Shown: positions 1-8,670 of the stretch, piece by piece
Layout of the letters: each line of letters starts with the position of its first letter
Numbering within the stretch: the first letter of the stretch is position 1
Source of the DNA: a virus
Lineage: Duplodnaviria > Caudoviricetes
Reading direction: 5' to 3' (one strand)
DNA length: 38,074 bases
Virus record (IMG/VR): IMGVR_UViG_3300011403_000023
Coordinates: 1 to 38,074 of that record
Position numbers and translations under genes: made by a program
The notes under the pieces: generated by a model
Told to the model about the DNA's origin: nothing
Databases searched by the model: none
Seen by the model: the letters and a program-made list of their open reading frames with translations, nothing else

Positions 1-734
1 ACGTCCGCCCCGACGGCGCGCGGCACCTGCGCCAACCTATCAGCCGTGTGCGCGTCGCTCGGATCGACCTCGCTGCGCGTGGCGAGGATCTCTGCTTCCC
101 GGCTGCACCGCTGCTCGGCGGTCTTCTCGCCCGTGTCGCGCTCGCACTGCGGCGCGGGGTGCATGTCGAAGGCATCCCACTGCGGCGCGGGCGGGGGCGC
201 GGCGCGGAGCTTGCGTGCCACCTCGCTCATCATCCACTTACCCACGAACAGGCCGCCCTTTTCGCGCGACAGGATCACCTGAGCCTGCTCAAGGATCTCC
301 GCATCGCTCGGCGTGGTGGCGGGTGGGGCAGCCGGGGACGCTCCGTCCGTATCCCTTGCGGGCTTTAGCACGTCCGATGTCGCCCCCGGCTGTTCCTTGC
401 CTGCCGCGCCTCGGCGCAGGGCGCGGACGATCTCGCGCGCTCGCTCCAGGCCGTCCATGTAGCGGTGGTCGTCGTAGTCGATTGGTCCGCTCAGCGCGTG
501 GCCGATGCGCTCTGCCGCCTGCTCGATCGCCTCGTCGTGGGCGCGGGCGAGAGTCGCATCACGCATATACGCCCCGCATCGCCAGCCTTCTGCGTACGCC
601 TTCGCGTGCCCGTTTGCTGCGTCCAAGTTCATCTCCTCGGTCGGCTCCCGCCCCGCGCGCAACTCGGACACGGCGGACTCCAGCGAGTGAACGCGGGACA
701 GGATCTCCTCGAACATGTCGGATGTGGTCTTCAT
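1..734 (-). CDS. Hypothetical phage protein (partial, runs off the left end)
   Basis: ATG at 734 overlaps the stop of 731..1033 (ATGA). Manual translation MKTTSDMFEEILSRVHSLESAVSELRAGREP... stays open to position 1, so it is absent from the ORF track. Confidence 0.7.
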   Translation of the reverse strand, partial: MKTTSDMFEEILSRVHSLESAVSELRAGREPTEEMNLDAANGHAKAYAEGWRCGAYMRDATLARAHDEAIEQAAERIGHALSGPIDYDDHRYMDGLERAREIVRALRRGAAGKEQPGATSDVLKPARDTDGASPAAPPATTPSDAEILEQAQVILSREKGGLFVGKWMMSEVARKLRAAPPPAPQWDAFDMHPAPQCERDTGEKTAEQRCSREAEILATRSEVDPSDAHTADRLAQVPRAVGAD

Positions 735-1033
735 GCGTTCCTCAATTCCTCGCACTCTACAGCGTGCGCCGTCAGTCCAATCTTGAGCGCCGTATCGAAG
801 CTCATCCCCTTCAGGATCCGGATGTACGCGCCGACTATCATGCGCTCGCCTTTCGTGAGCTTCTGCATGATCTCGGAGAACTCGGCCTTGACCTCGCGGT
901 ACCGCTTTACCTGATCGCGGCGCGCGTTCTTCAGCGCGTACCGCTTGACCTGGGATGCGACGTGCGACGAGAAGCCCTCGGTATCAAGGAGCCTCGCAAC
1001 GATGATCGCGCTGTTTGTCTGTCCGCCTCTCAT
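731..1033 (-). CDS. Hypothetical protein
   Basis: 100-aa ORF with ATGA overlaps to both neighbours. Confidence 0.7.
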   Translation of the reverse strand: MRGGQTNSAIIVARLLDTEGFSSHVASQVKRYALKNARRDQVKRYREVKAEFSEIMQKLTKGERMIVGAYIRILKGMSFDTALKIGLTAHAVECEELRNA

Positions 1034-1488
1034 TGTTCTACGCTCCTCGCTTGCGGCGAGACCTCGCTCCGCTCCTCGCCCGGCAGCGGGATCGGGGTGG
1101 ACCAGCGGTCGAGAGTCACGCCGATGTACGACAAGCCGGCGTAGGGCTCGGTCTCGCCATCAGAATGTCGCCACCAGAAGTACCTGACCTGCCACTTCTC
1201 CGGCACCGGCTCCCGCGTCCAGTGGCCGGAGGGGGCGTGGGTGGTGCGCCTACGGGCGTCGTCCCGCTCGTCGCGCATCATGGCGAGGTCTCCGTCCTGT
1301 CGGTGCAGAACTGCTCGCAACCGTTCAATCTCCTTGTCGCGCGCGGCGACCTCCTCCGCGCGCAGCTCGGACACGGCGGACTCCAGGACGCGGAGACGCT
1401 TGAGTGTGTCTTCCAGAGCATTCCGCACGACATCAGGCGGCAACAGCGCGTCGTCGGAGTACCAATTCACGGCTGTTTCTAGGCTCAC
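1030..1488 (-). CDS. Hypothetical protein with a coiled-coil segment
   Basis: Start placed at GTG 1488 (VSLETAVNW...) after a purine-rich GGAAGGAAACGGAGAAG tract. Heptad-like stretch LRVLESAVSELRAEEVAARDKEIERLR. Confidence 0.65.
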   Translation of the reverse strand: MSLETAVNWYSDDALLPPDVVRNALEDTLKRLRVLESAVSELRAEEVAARDKEIERLRAVLHRQDGDLAMMRDERDDARRRTTHAPSGHWTREPVPEKWQVRYFWWRHSDGETEPYAGLSYIGVTLDRWSTPIPLPGEERSEVSPQARSVEQ

Positions 1489-1513
1489 TTGCTTCTCCGT
1501 TTCCTTCCGGCCT

Positions 1514-1732
1514 TCAATCGCGGGACAGCTCTTTGGCGGCTGCCTTACCCTGCTCATTCAACTCGTGCTCCCACGCCGCGGCGGCTTCGAGCCTGAATTG
1601 GCGCGGCGTCATTCCCGCGTCGATTGCCGCCTGCACGGCTTCCCACACCTTGTCGGTGGCGCGGTCGGGCATGGTCATGCGCAGGCCGATAGCGCCGTCG
1701 CGTAGAACGAATCCGAGTCCGGGGGGCTTCAT
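1514..1732 (-). CDS. Hypothetical protein
   Basis: ATG at 1732 (MKPPGLGFVLRDG...) overlaps the upstream stop and is preceded by GGAAGG. Confidence 0.65.
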   Translation of the reverse strand: MKPPGLGFVLRDGAIGLRMTMPDRATDKVWEAVQAAIDAGMTPRQFRLEAAAAWEHELNEQGKAAAKELSRD

Positions 1733-1959
1733 GCCTTCCGTTTCCTTCCGGCCTTCCGCGCACGGGCGGGGTCGATCGGGGTGATGCTGGATCCACGCCC
1801 GCAGTCTGAGCAGAACACCTCGCAGCAGTCGCCGGGGCGATCGTCTGCCACGGTGACGTGGTGGCCGGCATCGACGCATAGCTGCGCCCAACGAGGAATG
1901 GCATGCGTTACCGCCTTCGGCACCTTCGGCTTGGGCGTCACTCGATCCATGACGAGCAC
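1729..1959 (-). CDS. Small Cys/His-rich protein (possible zinc finger)
   Basis: C..GHH..CC..CxxC pattern and basic C-terminus. Start codon uncertain. Confidence 0.5.
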   Translation of the reverse strand: MLVMDRVTPKPKVPKAVTHAIPRWAQLCVDAGHHVTVADDRPGDCCEVFCSDCGRGSSITPIDPARARKAGRKRKA

Positions 1960-1989
1960 CCCTCTCCCGTGCAGCGTACTCTCATTGAG

Positions 1990-2163
1990 CTATTGCTCCT
2001 TCGGCGTTCCGACAACTTGCCAGTCAACTGTTTCGCCGCACGCGAAGTCATCGTCGTCGTAGTCCTGAGCGTCGGCCTTGGCGCGAGCCTCCTCTTCCGA
2101 GTCGGCATCAACGGTCACGTCAACGCGAATCGTGATCTTCATAGGCACAAGCCACTCGCTCAC
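1990..2163 (-). CDS. Small acidic hypothetical phage protein
   Basis: GTG at 2163 after GGAAGAA. MSEWLVPMKITIRVDVTVDADSEEEARAKA contains the common phage 'V.A.SEEEA' motif. Confidence 0.7.
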   Translation of the reverse strand: MSEWLVPMKITIRVDVTVDADSEEEARAKADAQDYDDDDFACGETVDWQVVGTPKEQ

Positions 2164-2366
2164 TTCTTCCTCCTTCGCTTCCTTGCCTTGGGCGGGACGG
2201 GGACGTACGGAGCCTTCAGTTTTCGCAGCGCCCTCGCCGCTTCGCGGTAGATGCGGGATTGCTTGGTTCGCGTCAGAAACAACTCGAATGCGGCGAAGTT
2301 TCTGGCCTCGGCCGCCCTCGGCTTGGGCGTCCCTCGCGTGCCGGGGTGAGGCTTGGGGTGGGTCAC
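2160..2366 (-). CDS. Small basic hypothetical protein
   Basis: GTGA overlaps at both ends. K/R-rich tail. Confidence 0.55.
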   Translation of the reverse strand: MTHPKPHPGTRGTPKPRAAEARNFAAFELFLTRTKQSRIYREAARALRKLKAPYVPVPPKARKRRRKK

Positions 2367-2788
2367 GTTCGCTCTCCTCGTTTGTCGCCGCTGCGCGCAA
2401 CGTCGCGCGCAAGAGCGTCGAGCAGAGGGTCTACTCGTTTGGCGGACAACCCATCGTCGTACCGCTTCGCCTTCTCCTTCAACTCCGCGATCTCCCGCGC
2501 CGGGTCGGACATGCCGGCGCAGGCTTCCAGTGCGGCCACGGCGCGCGCGATTGGCACCGAGCACAGCGGGCACTCCTTCGGGTAGCCAAATTCTTCGCGC
2601 TTCTCGCCAGGCCAAAGGTCGCCGGGAACGGGGTGTTGCGCGTACCCCGCGCACTCGTGGTCGCACATGCCGTTGGCTATCTCCATCGGCACCGATCTAC
2701 CGCGCGGCGCCTTGTGGCGCTGGCACGTCAGGCAAATCACGCCAGCGCCGGTCATCCACTCGTTATGTTCCTTTGTCCACTCGCTCAC
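2363..2788 (-). CDS. Cys-rich hypothetical protein
   Basis: 141 aa, RBS AAGGAGG, motifs CxxC, CxxxC and CxxC. Confidence 0.7.
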   Translation of the reverse strand: MSEWTKEHNEWMTGAGVICLTCQRHKAPRGRSVPMEIANGMCDHECAGYAQHPVPGDLWPGEKREEFGYPKECPLCSVPIARAVAALEACAGMSDPAREIAELKEKAKRYDDGLSAKRVDPLLDALARDVARSGDKRGERT

Positions 2789-3252
2789 GGGGCCTCCTTC
2801 GCTGCTCGCCTCTTGGTCTTCAGAAACTCCAGCGCTTCCTCATTGGTCTTGTAGAACATATGCGCCGCCGTCGGGATCAGCATGATCCCCGCGCGAACCG
2901 GATCCATCCTGCGCAAGAGCGGCAGCGGGCAGAGCGCCTGCGCCCATCCGGCGAGGCAGTGCGCCGTGCCGCACGAGCGCTCCTCTTCGGGTGTGTGCGT
3001 CGCGTCCCACTTCAGCCCGTGCCATCCGCCCATTGCGAGCCGCTCTGGTTTTTCGAGCACGATCTTGGCGATCTCGCGGAGCATCGCGTCGGATTCTTCC
3101 GGTGTGGCGAAGTCGCCAATGGCCCAGCGCAGGTCGGCCCAGCCCAGGTCGGCCTTCGCCGAGACCGCAGCCTCGACGCACAGTTTGGGGCTTGCACACT
3201 CCAGCGAGAACAGGACGGATCCATTCCAGCGATGCTTGATCTCGAAAATCAC
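2785..3252 (-). CDS. Phage protein with a pentapeptide-repeat-type N-terminus and a CGTAHCLAGW domain
   Basis: GTG at 3252 after GGAG. The N-terminus IFEIKHRWNGSVLF...VEAAV followed by ADLGW-ADLRW resembles phage pentapeptide-repeat proteins. The C-terminus has the CGT.HC.AGW motif. Confidence 0.65.
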   Translation of the reverse strand: MIFEIKHRWNGSVLFSLECASPKLCVEAAVSAKADLGWADLRWAIGDFATPEESDAMLREIAKIVLEKPERLAMGGWHGLKWDATHTPEEERSCGTAHCLAGWAQALCPLPLLRRMDPVRAGIMLIPTAAHMFYKTNEEALEFLKTKRRAAKEAP

Positions 3253-3380
3253 TTGGTCTCCTTGGTTTCCTGCGCCGGGTGGGCGCGCTCCACTGCGGCG
3301 CGCACGGCCACGGCGGCGAAGCTGATCACGAACGCGAACACGAGGAACAGGCACAGCAGGCGACGGTCGGACTTGCTCAT
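3249..3380 (-). CDS. Small membrane or secreted peptide
   Basis: MSKSDRR followed by a hydrophobic helix LLCLFLVFAFVISFAAVAV. ATGA/GTGA overlaps. Confidence 0.6.
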   Translation of the reverse strand: MSKSDRRLLCLFLVFAFVISFAAVAVRAAVERAHPAQETKETK

Positions 3381-3568
3381 CGCACCCCCACCTTCCTCCA
3401 GAACGCCGCGACGCGCACGCGCCGGCAGGAGTCGCAGAGCGTGTTGGGCATGTCGTCGTCCTCGAGCTGGTACGCGATAGGCTGCTTGCAGTCCCGGCAC
3501 GCGGCGTCCGGTTCTGCGGTGAGGTCGCGCGCCATGTCTGTCAGCAGGCGCTCGTGGGGGGTAGTCAT
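3377..3568 (-). CDS. Small zinc-finger-like protein, first gene of the leftward operon
   Basis: CRDC...CDSC. ATG at 3568 with GGAG about 9 nt upstream. Confidence 0.6.
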   Translation of the reverse strand: MTTPHERLLTDMARDLTAEPDAACRDCKQPIAYQLEDDDMPNTLCDSCRRVRVAAFWRKVGVR

Positions 3569-3577
3569 GGCTTGCAC

Positions 3578-3694
3578 TCCATTAGGTCGAGCCCCATGCC
3601 CGACAGTAGAACCATCGCACAGGGCTCAAGGTGGACGCAAGGGGAATCCGAGAAAAGTGTAGCCATAGCCATAGCCATGCCGCAGGATGTCCAC
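3578..3694. promoter_or_regulatory. Divergent control region with (TAGCCA)x3 and an imperfect inverted repeat
   Basis: Strand switch point. TAGCCA tandem at 3660-3677 and GAGCCCCATGC/GCACAGGGCTC at 3589-3627. Confidence 0.45.
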
Positions 3695-3841
3695 ATGAGC
3701 CCTAGGAAGCGCCCCGAGAGCGGACGCCCCATCCACATCTACCTCGACGCGAAGACCATCGCCCGCCTGCAAGCCCTGCGCTCCCGGTGGAGCTGCACAT
3801 GGGGCGAGGTGGTGCGGCGGGCGCTGGAGAAGGTCAAGTGA
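3695..3841 (+). CDS. Ribbon-helix-helix (CopG/Arc-like) DNA-binding protein
   Basis: 48 aa with a beta-strand IHIYL, a helix DAKTIARLQAL and a second helix TWGEVVRRALE. First gene after the divergence point. Confidence 0.7.
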   Translation: MSPRKRPESGRPIHIYLDAKTIARLQALRSRWSCTWGEVVRRALEKVK

Positions 3842-3846
3842 CAGCC

Positions 3847-3934
3847 GCTAGCGTAGTCCCGTACGGCGCGGGGGCTGACTGTAGATCAGTTCGGGAAACC
3901 CTGCCTGCTGGTTCGACTCCAGCCGCTAGCACCA
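3847..3934 (+). tRNA. tRNA-Tyr (anticodon GTA), class II, with encoded CCA
   Basis: Acceptor stem GCTAGCG/CGCTAGC, then A73 and CCA. Anticodon stem GCTGA/TCAGT with loop CTGTAGA. Long variable arm GGG-AAA-CCC. T-arm GCTGG-TTCGACT-CCAGC. Confidence 0.9.
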
Positions 3935-3983
3935 CACACCCCTCCGCACGTCGCGGCGGGGCAACCTAGTTCGGAGAACGACA

Positions 3984-4241
3984 ATGAGTGCAAGAAGCAA
4001 AGAGGAGCGCGCCGTGCTCGCCGAGAGCAAGGCACGCGAAGCCGCCGAGCGTGCCGCATGGGCGCGCATCGAAGCCATCGCGCACACCACGCCGATCGTG
4101 GGCGTGCTGTGGACGCTGATGCGCAAGCTGGAGCGCAGCACGGACGCCGCCAAAAAGCCGGAGCATGTCGAGTTGCTCCAGAGTCTCGATGCCGCCATCA
4201 AGGACGGGTTCCGCAAGCTCGGACTGGAGGTGCCCGCGTGA
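3984..4241 (+). CDS. Hypothetical protein
   Basis: 85 aa, RBS GGAG, GTGA overlap with the next gene. Confidence 0.7.
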   Translation: MSARSKEERAVLAESKAREAAERAAWARIEAIAHTTPIVGVLWTLMRKLERSTDAAKKPEHVELLQSLDAAIKDGFRKLGLEVPA

Positions 4242-4747
4242 GCCCCATCATCGCCTCCTTCACCCGCGGCGAGTTCTCTCCCGCGCCCGAGGGTCTACAC
4301 CAGGCCGTGTGCATTGACGTGGTAGACAAGGGCATGCAGCAGACAGCCTGGGGCGAGAAGCACAAGGTACAGGTGCGCTGGGTCATCGACGCCGTGGACG
4401 AGAAGACCGGCCGGCAGCACATGGTCACCAGCTCCTACACGCTCTCGCTGCACAAGAAGGCGCTGTTGCGCCAGCACTTGGAAGCGTGGCGTGGAAAGCG
4501 GTTCACCGATGAGGAGTTGAAGGGCTTTGACCTCGAGCGCCTGATCGGCGTGAACTGCCAACTTCAGATCGTTCACTCGCTGGGCGAGGAGAACACGGTC
4601 TACAGCAACGTTCAGGCGATCGTGCCGCTCGGCAAGGGCATGCCGCAGATGGCGGCTCCGGGCGACTACGTGCGCGTGATCGACCGGGAGAACCAGCAGC
4701 AGGGGCGTTCGGCCTTCAGTCAGCAAGTCGAGGAGACGCCGTTCTAG
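4238..4747 (+). CDS. ssDNA-binding / replication protein (NGO0469-like family)
   Basis: GTG at 4238 after GGAGG. Motifs P.G.H.AVC.D.VD.G.Q, YTLSLH.KA.LR..LE.WRG, FDL..L.G..CQL. Acidic tail ending EETPF. Adjacent to an exonuclease. Confidence 0.7.
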   Translation: MSPIIASFTRGEFSPAPEGLHQAVCIDVVDKGMQQTAWGEKHKVQVRWVIDAVDEKTGRQHMVTSSYTLSLHKKALLRQHLEAWRGKRFTDEELKGFDLERLIGVNCQLQIVHSLGEENTVYSNVQAIVPLGKGMPQMAAPGDYVRVIDRENQQQGRSAFSQQVEETPF

Positions 4748-4749
4748 CC

Positions 4750-5577
4750 ATGCAACCCACATCAGCCAAGCGGCGCAGCGTCGATCAAGGGTACGGACGC
4801 ACTTCACGCGCCTACGAGGTGCCCACCGGGGAAGTCTACGACAGCGTGACTTCCATCCTCGGCGTCGTGGCGAAGCCCGCCCTAATCACCTGGTCCGCCA
4901 ACATGGAGCGCGCCTACGTCACGCAGGCCGCTGCGGACCTCTACGAAGACACCAGCCCGACGCCGAAGATGTCGCGGCAGGCGTTCCTGACTTCGCTGGA
5001 CCTCCGACTCTCGAAGGTCAAGGCGCACACGCGCGCGCTGGAGAAGGCGGGCAACATCGGCTCACAGGCGCACGCCTTGATCGAGTGGAGCCTGCGCCGG
5101 CAGCTCGGGCAGATCGTCGGCGCGCAGCCCGAGGTCGTGCCCGAGGCGGCACACAGCTTCGCCTGCTTCGAGTCCTGGGCCGAGGTCAGCGAGTTCACTC
5201 CGAAGCTGATCGAGCAGGTCGTGTGGAGCCGGCAGCACGAGTACGCCGGTACGCTGGACATCCTGGGCGAGGCGCGGTGCATGCGCTCCGAGGCCGAGGG
5301 TGAGCTGGTGCAGTTCGTGGGCGACTGGAAGACGGGGAAAGCCATCTACCCGGAAGCCAAGATGCAAAGTGCCGCCTACATCCGCGCGCTGCGCGAGATG
5401 GGGCACGTCACGGGTGATGTGTGGGGCCTTGTGGTGCGTTTGCCCAAGGTGGCGGCGGACCCTGGCTTCGAGGCTGTCTGGATCTCCCCCGAGGAGCAGC
5501 AGGAGCATTTCGATGCGTTCCTTGCCGCCAAACGTCTATGGGATTGGACGCAGCGGCAAAGGAAGTCTGGAGAGTGA
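4750..5577 (+). CDS. PD-(D/E)XK exonuclease (phage recombination nuclease)
   Basis: YDSVTSIL, GSQAH, IEQVV, YAGTLD, VGDWKTG and QSAAY match the RecB-like nuclease motifs. Confidence 0.85.
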   Translation: MQPTSAKRRSVDQGYGRTSRAYEVPTGEVYDSVTSILGVVAKPALITWSANMERAYVTQAAADLYEDTSPTPKMSRQAFLTSLDLRLSKVKAHTRALEKAGNIGSQAHALIEWSLRRQLGQIVGAQPEVVPEAAHSFACFESWAEVSEFTPKLIEQVVWSRQHEYAGTLDILGEARCMRSEAEGELVQFVGDWKTGKAIYPEAKMQSAAYIRALREMGHVTGDVWGLVVRLPKVAADPGFEAVWISPEEQQEHFDAFLAAKRLWDWTQRQRKSGE

Positions 5578-5585
5578 ATTCGTGT

Positions 5586-5649
5586 AGCTACGCGGCGCTG
5601 CGTTGCTGTCTCCCCTCTCAGCGCAGTCAAAAAGATCCGTCGCGTAGCT
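5586..5649 (+). ncRNA. Candidate structured intergenic RNA element
   Basis: A 12-bp stem (5586-5597/5638-5649) encloses an 8-bp hairpin (5598-5605/5619-5626) with a pyrimidine-rich loop. Confidence 0.35.
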
Positions 5650-5650
5650 C

Positions 5651-5697
5651 GCCGCCCCTCGCGTTTGCTTGCACTCACGCGGGGGGCGGCTTTCTTT
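5651..5697 (+). terminator. Intrinsic terminator
   Basis: 14-bp GC-rich stem GCCGCCCCTCGCGT/ACGCGGGGGGCGGC followed by TTTCTTT. Confidence 0.75.
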
Positions 5698-5725
5698 GTC
5701 AAGCAGTGCAAGGGGGTGCAAGAGC

Positions 5726-6034
5726 ATGACATTCGATGGTGAGACCTACGATGCCACGCGCGACGAGGATCGCCTTGGTTCTCAGCTCGGCGCTGTGTTC
5801 GCGCTCATGCGTGACGGGGCCTGGCGCACGCTGCCCGAGATCATCGCGCTATGCGGGGGCAACGAGGCCAGCATCTCGGCGCGCCTACGTGACCTCCGCA
5901 AGGCCCGGTTCGGCGCGCACATCGTTCAGCGCGAGTACGTGTCCGACGGGCTGCACAAGTACCGCATGCTGAAGAACAGCGTGACCGAGCAGCGCAGCCT
6001 GTACGGGCGGGAGAGCATGGGGGATCCGGCGTGA
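5726..6034 (+). CDS. Winged-HTH DNA-binding protein
   Basis: LMRDGAWRTLPEI...EASISARLRDLRK..FG.H.V.R is a typical phage wHTH pattern. Confidence 0.7.
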   Translation: MTFDGETYDATRDEDRLGSQLGAVFALMRDGAWRTLPEIIALCGGNEASISARLRDLRKARFGAHIVQREYVSDGLHKYRMLKNSVTEQRSLYGRESMGDPA

Positions 6035-6279
6035 AGGTTCTCGGAAACACAGGCGCAAAGGTGGCGTGGGTGAAGACGACGTACTCGATCCAGGCGAAGG
6101 CGTTGGCAGAGGCTCTCGTTCGCCTGTGCGGCGTCCAGCCTGATGATCTCGGCCCCCGGCTCTACGAGGTGAAGCTGATAGACCCCGAGGCAGGCACGGA
6201 AATGCTCTTCGAGTGGACCTGGATCGACGACGCCACTGAACCGATGGAGATCTCCATCGAAACCAACGAGCAGCCGTGA
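6031..6279 (+). CDS. Hypothetical protein
   Basis: GTGA overlaps at both ends. Confidence 0.6.
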   Translation: MKVLGNTGAKVAWVKTTYSIQAKALAEALVRLCGVQPDDLGPRLYEVKLIDPEAGTEMLFEWTWIDDATEPMEISIETNEQP

Positions 6280-6758
6280 TCGACTTCACCATCCCCGGCA
6301 AGGCACAACCTGCCGGCTCGAAGCGCGCGTTCCCGTTCAAACGTGGCGACGGATCGCTCGGCGTGCGCGTGACCGATGCTAACCCGAACGCTGTGGCGTG
6401 GAAGGAGCGCGTGGCCCTGTGTGCCGCTGCGGCGCACAAGAAAGCTCCCTTCGTCGGCGCGATCCGCTTGGTCGTCGCGTTCAAGATGCTCCGCCCTAAA
6501 TCGCACTTCACCGGCAAGGGCTTACTCAAGCAGAGCGCGCCAACACATCCCACGGTGAAACCTGACGCGACAAAGCTGGTGCGCGGTCTCGAGGACGCAT
6601 GCACGTCGATCCTGTGGAAGGATGATGCGCAGATCGTCGAGCAGCAAGTCACGAAGAACTACGCCGACATCGAGGAAACGCGCGTGCTCGTGTTTGCGCT
6701 GTCAGCGCAGACCAAGGAAGGCAAGCCGTTCCCGTGTGGAAGCGAGGCGCAACCATGA
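6276..6758 (+). CDS. rusA: RusA-family Holliday junction resolvase
   Basis: FTIPG.AQP.GSKR at the N-terminus and catalytic pattern KPD.TKL.R..ED....LW.DDAQIV. Confidence 0.85.
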   Translation: MIDFTIPGKAQPAGSKRAFPFKRGDGSLGVRVTDANPNAVAWKERVALCAAAAHKKAPFVGAIRLVVAFKMLRPKSHFTGKGLLKQSAPTHPTVKPDATKLVRGLEDACTSILWKDDAQIVEQQVTKNYADIEETRVLVFALSAQTKEGKPFPCGSEAQP

Positions 6759-7036
6759 TGCCCGTTCGTCGCGCCGCTAACTTCCATCTCGTGTTCCGTG
6801 ACGGCGACGAGACGCGCGGAGCCGCTGAACTTCTACCCGATCAAGACCTGATGGCGCTCGGCGTGGAGATCACATGCGCCATCACTGAACTCGTGGGGCA
6901 CGCGCCGCGCTCCATTCGCTTCACGAGCGAGCCTTACACGCTCAAGGACGATGACCCGGATGGGCGCGTCTCCACGTGGTATCCGAAGCCAAAAGAAGAA
7001 GGCCCAGCCGGGGAACTCATCCCGGCCGGGCCTTGA
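6755..7036 (+). CDS. Hypothetical protein
   Basis: ATGA overlap with rusA. Confidence 0.55.
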   Translation: MMPVRRAANFHLVFRDGDETRGAAELLPDQDLMALGVEITCAITELVGHAPRSIRFTSEPYTLKDDDPDGRVSTWYPKPKEEGPAGELIPAGP

Positions 7037-7176
7037 CCCGCTGGCCCGTGAGGGCAAGATGGGGCGCGTATGACGAAGCGCAGAACCAAGGTAGCCAACC
7101 TGCGGCGCGTTGCCAAGGGGCCTTCTCTGCGCGAATCCGAGCCTTTCGGGAGGCCGCAGATGAAGACGAGGCAACA

Positions 7177-8040
<864 letters not shown>

Positions 8041-8670
8041 TCTCCGAGCGCAGATTGACGCCTACCATGCTGCTGGCTATCCGCAGCGGCATCGGGCCAG
8101 GATGTCCGAGGCGTGGGCTGCGGCGAGCGAGGTGGAGAGGTGTAGCCCATTGCTTGTACCGGCTGGACAGGAAGATCGCGTAGACCTCGCGTGGGATGCG
8201 CTGACGTGCGATGGAGGCTCGGTGCTTCTATTGGGGAAGCGCGGCGTCGGGAAGACACAGCTCGCCGTTTCTCTCGGCCTGGCGTGCGCAGCCACCGGAC
8301 TGCTCGCGACAGAGAAGCGGCGCACACCGACGACGCAGCGGTACTACGTGCTAGGGGAACTCTTCAGGGCGGAGAAGCGCACGTTCTCACGCGAGCACTC
8401 TTCTGGCGCACGCACGCCACTCGAAGAGGCTGCGAAGGTTGACCTCCTGGTGCTCGACGAGGTGCATGTGCGCCACGAGTCGGCGTGGGAGGACATCGAG
8501 TTGACGCTGCTATTTGATCGGCGCTACCAAGACCTCCGGCGCACGATCCTGATTGCGAACCTCGAAGTCGCGGACGCACGCGAGCGCCTTGGCTCCTCGA
8601 TCTGGTCGCGGATCACAGAGACAGGCGTTGTGCTGGAGTGCGACTGGCCTAGCTTCCGGAGGGCCGGCCC

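Noticed and set aside
215-3480. Long plus-strand ORFs in the left arm (215..1144, 2078..2854, 2353..3480)
   Set aside because: Low-complexity R/P/A translations. The minus-strand genes tile the region with RBSs and overlapping start/stop codons.
3847-3934. tRNA considered as a prophage attachment site or host boundary
   Set aside because: Phage-type genes lie on both sides, no integrase was recognised and no duplicated tRNA 3' end was seen.
4750-5577. Exonuclease considered as Cas4
   Set aside because: It lacks the Fe-S cysteine cluster and any cas context. Pairing with an SSB-like gene fits a phage recombination module.
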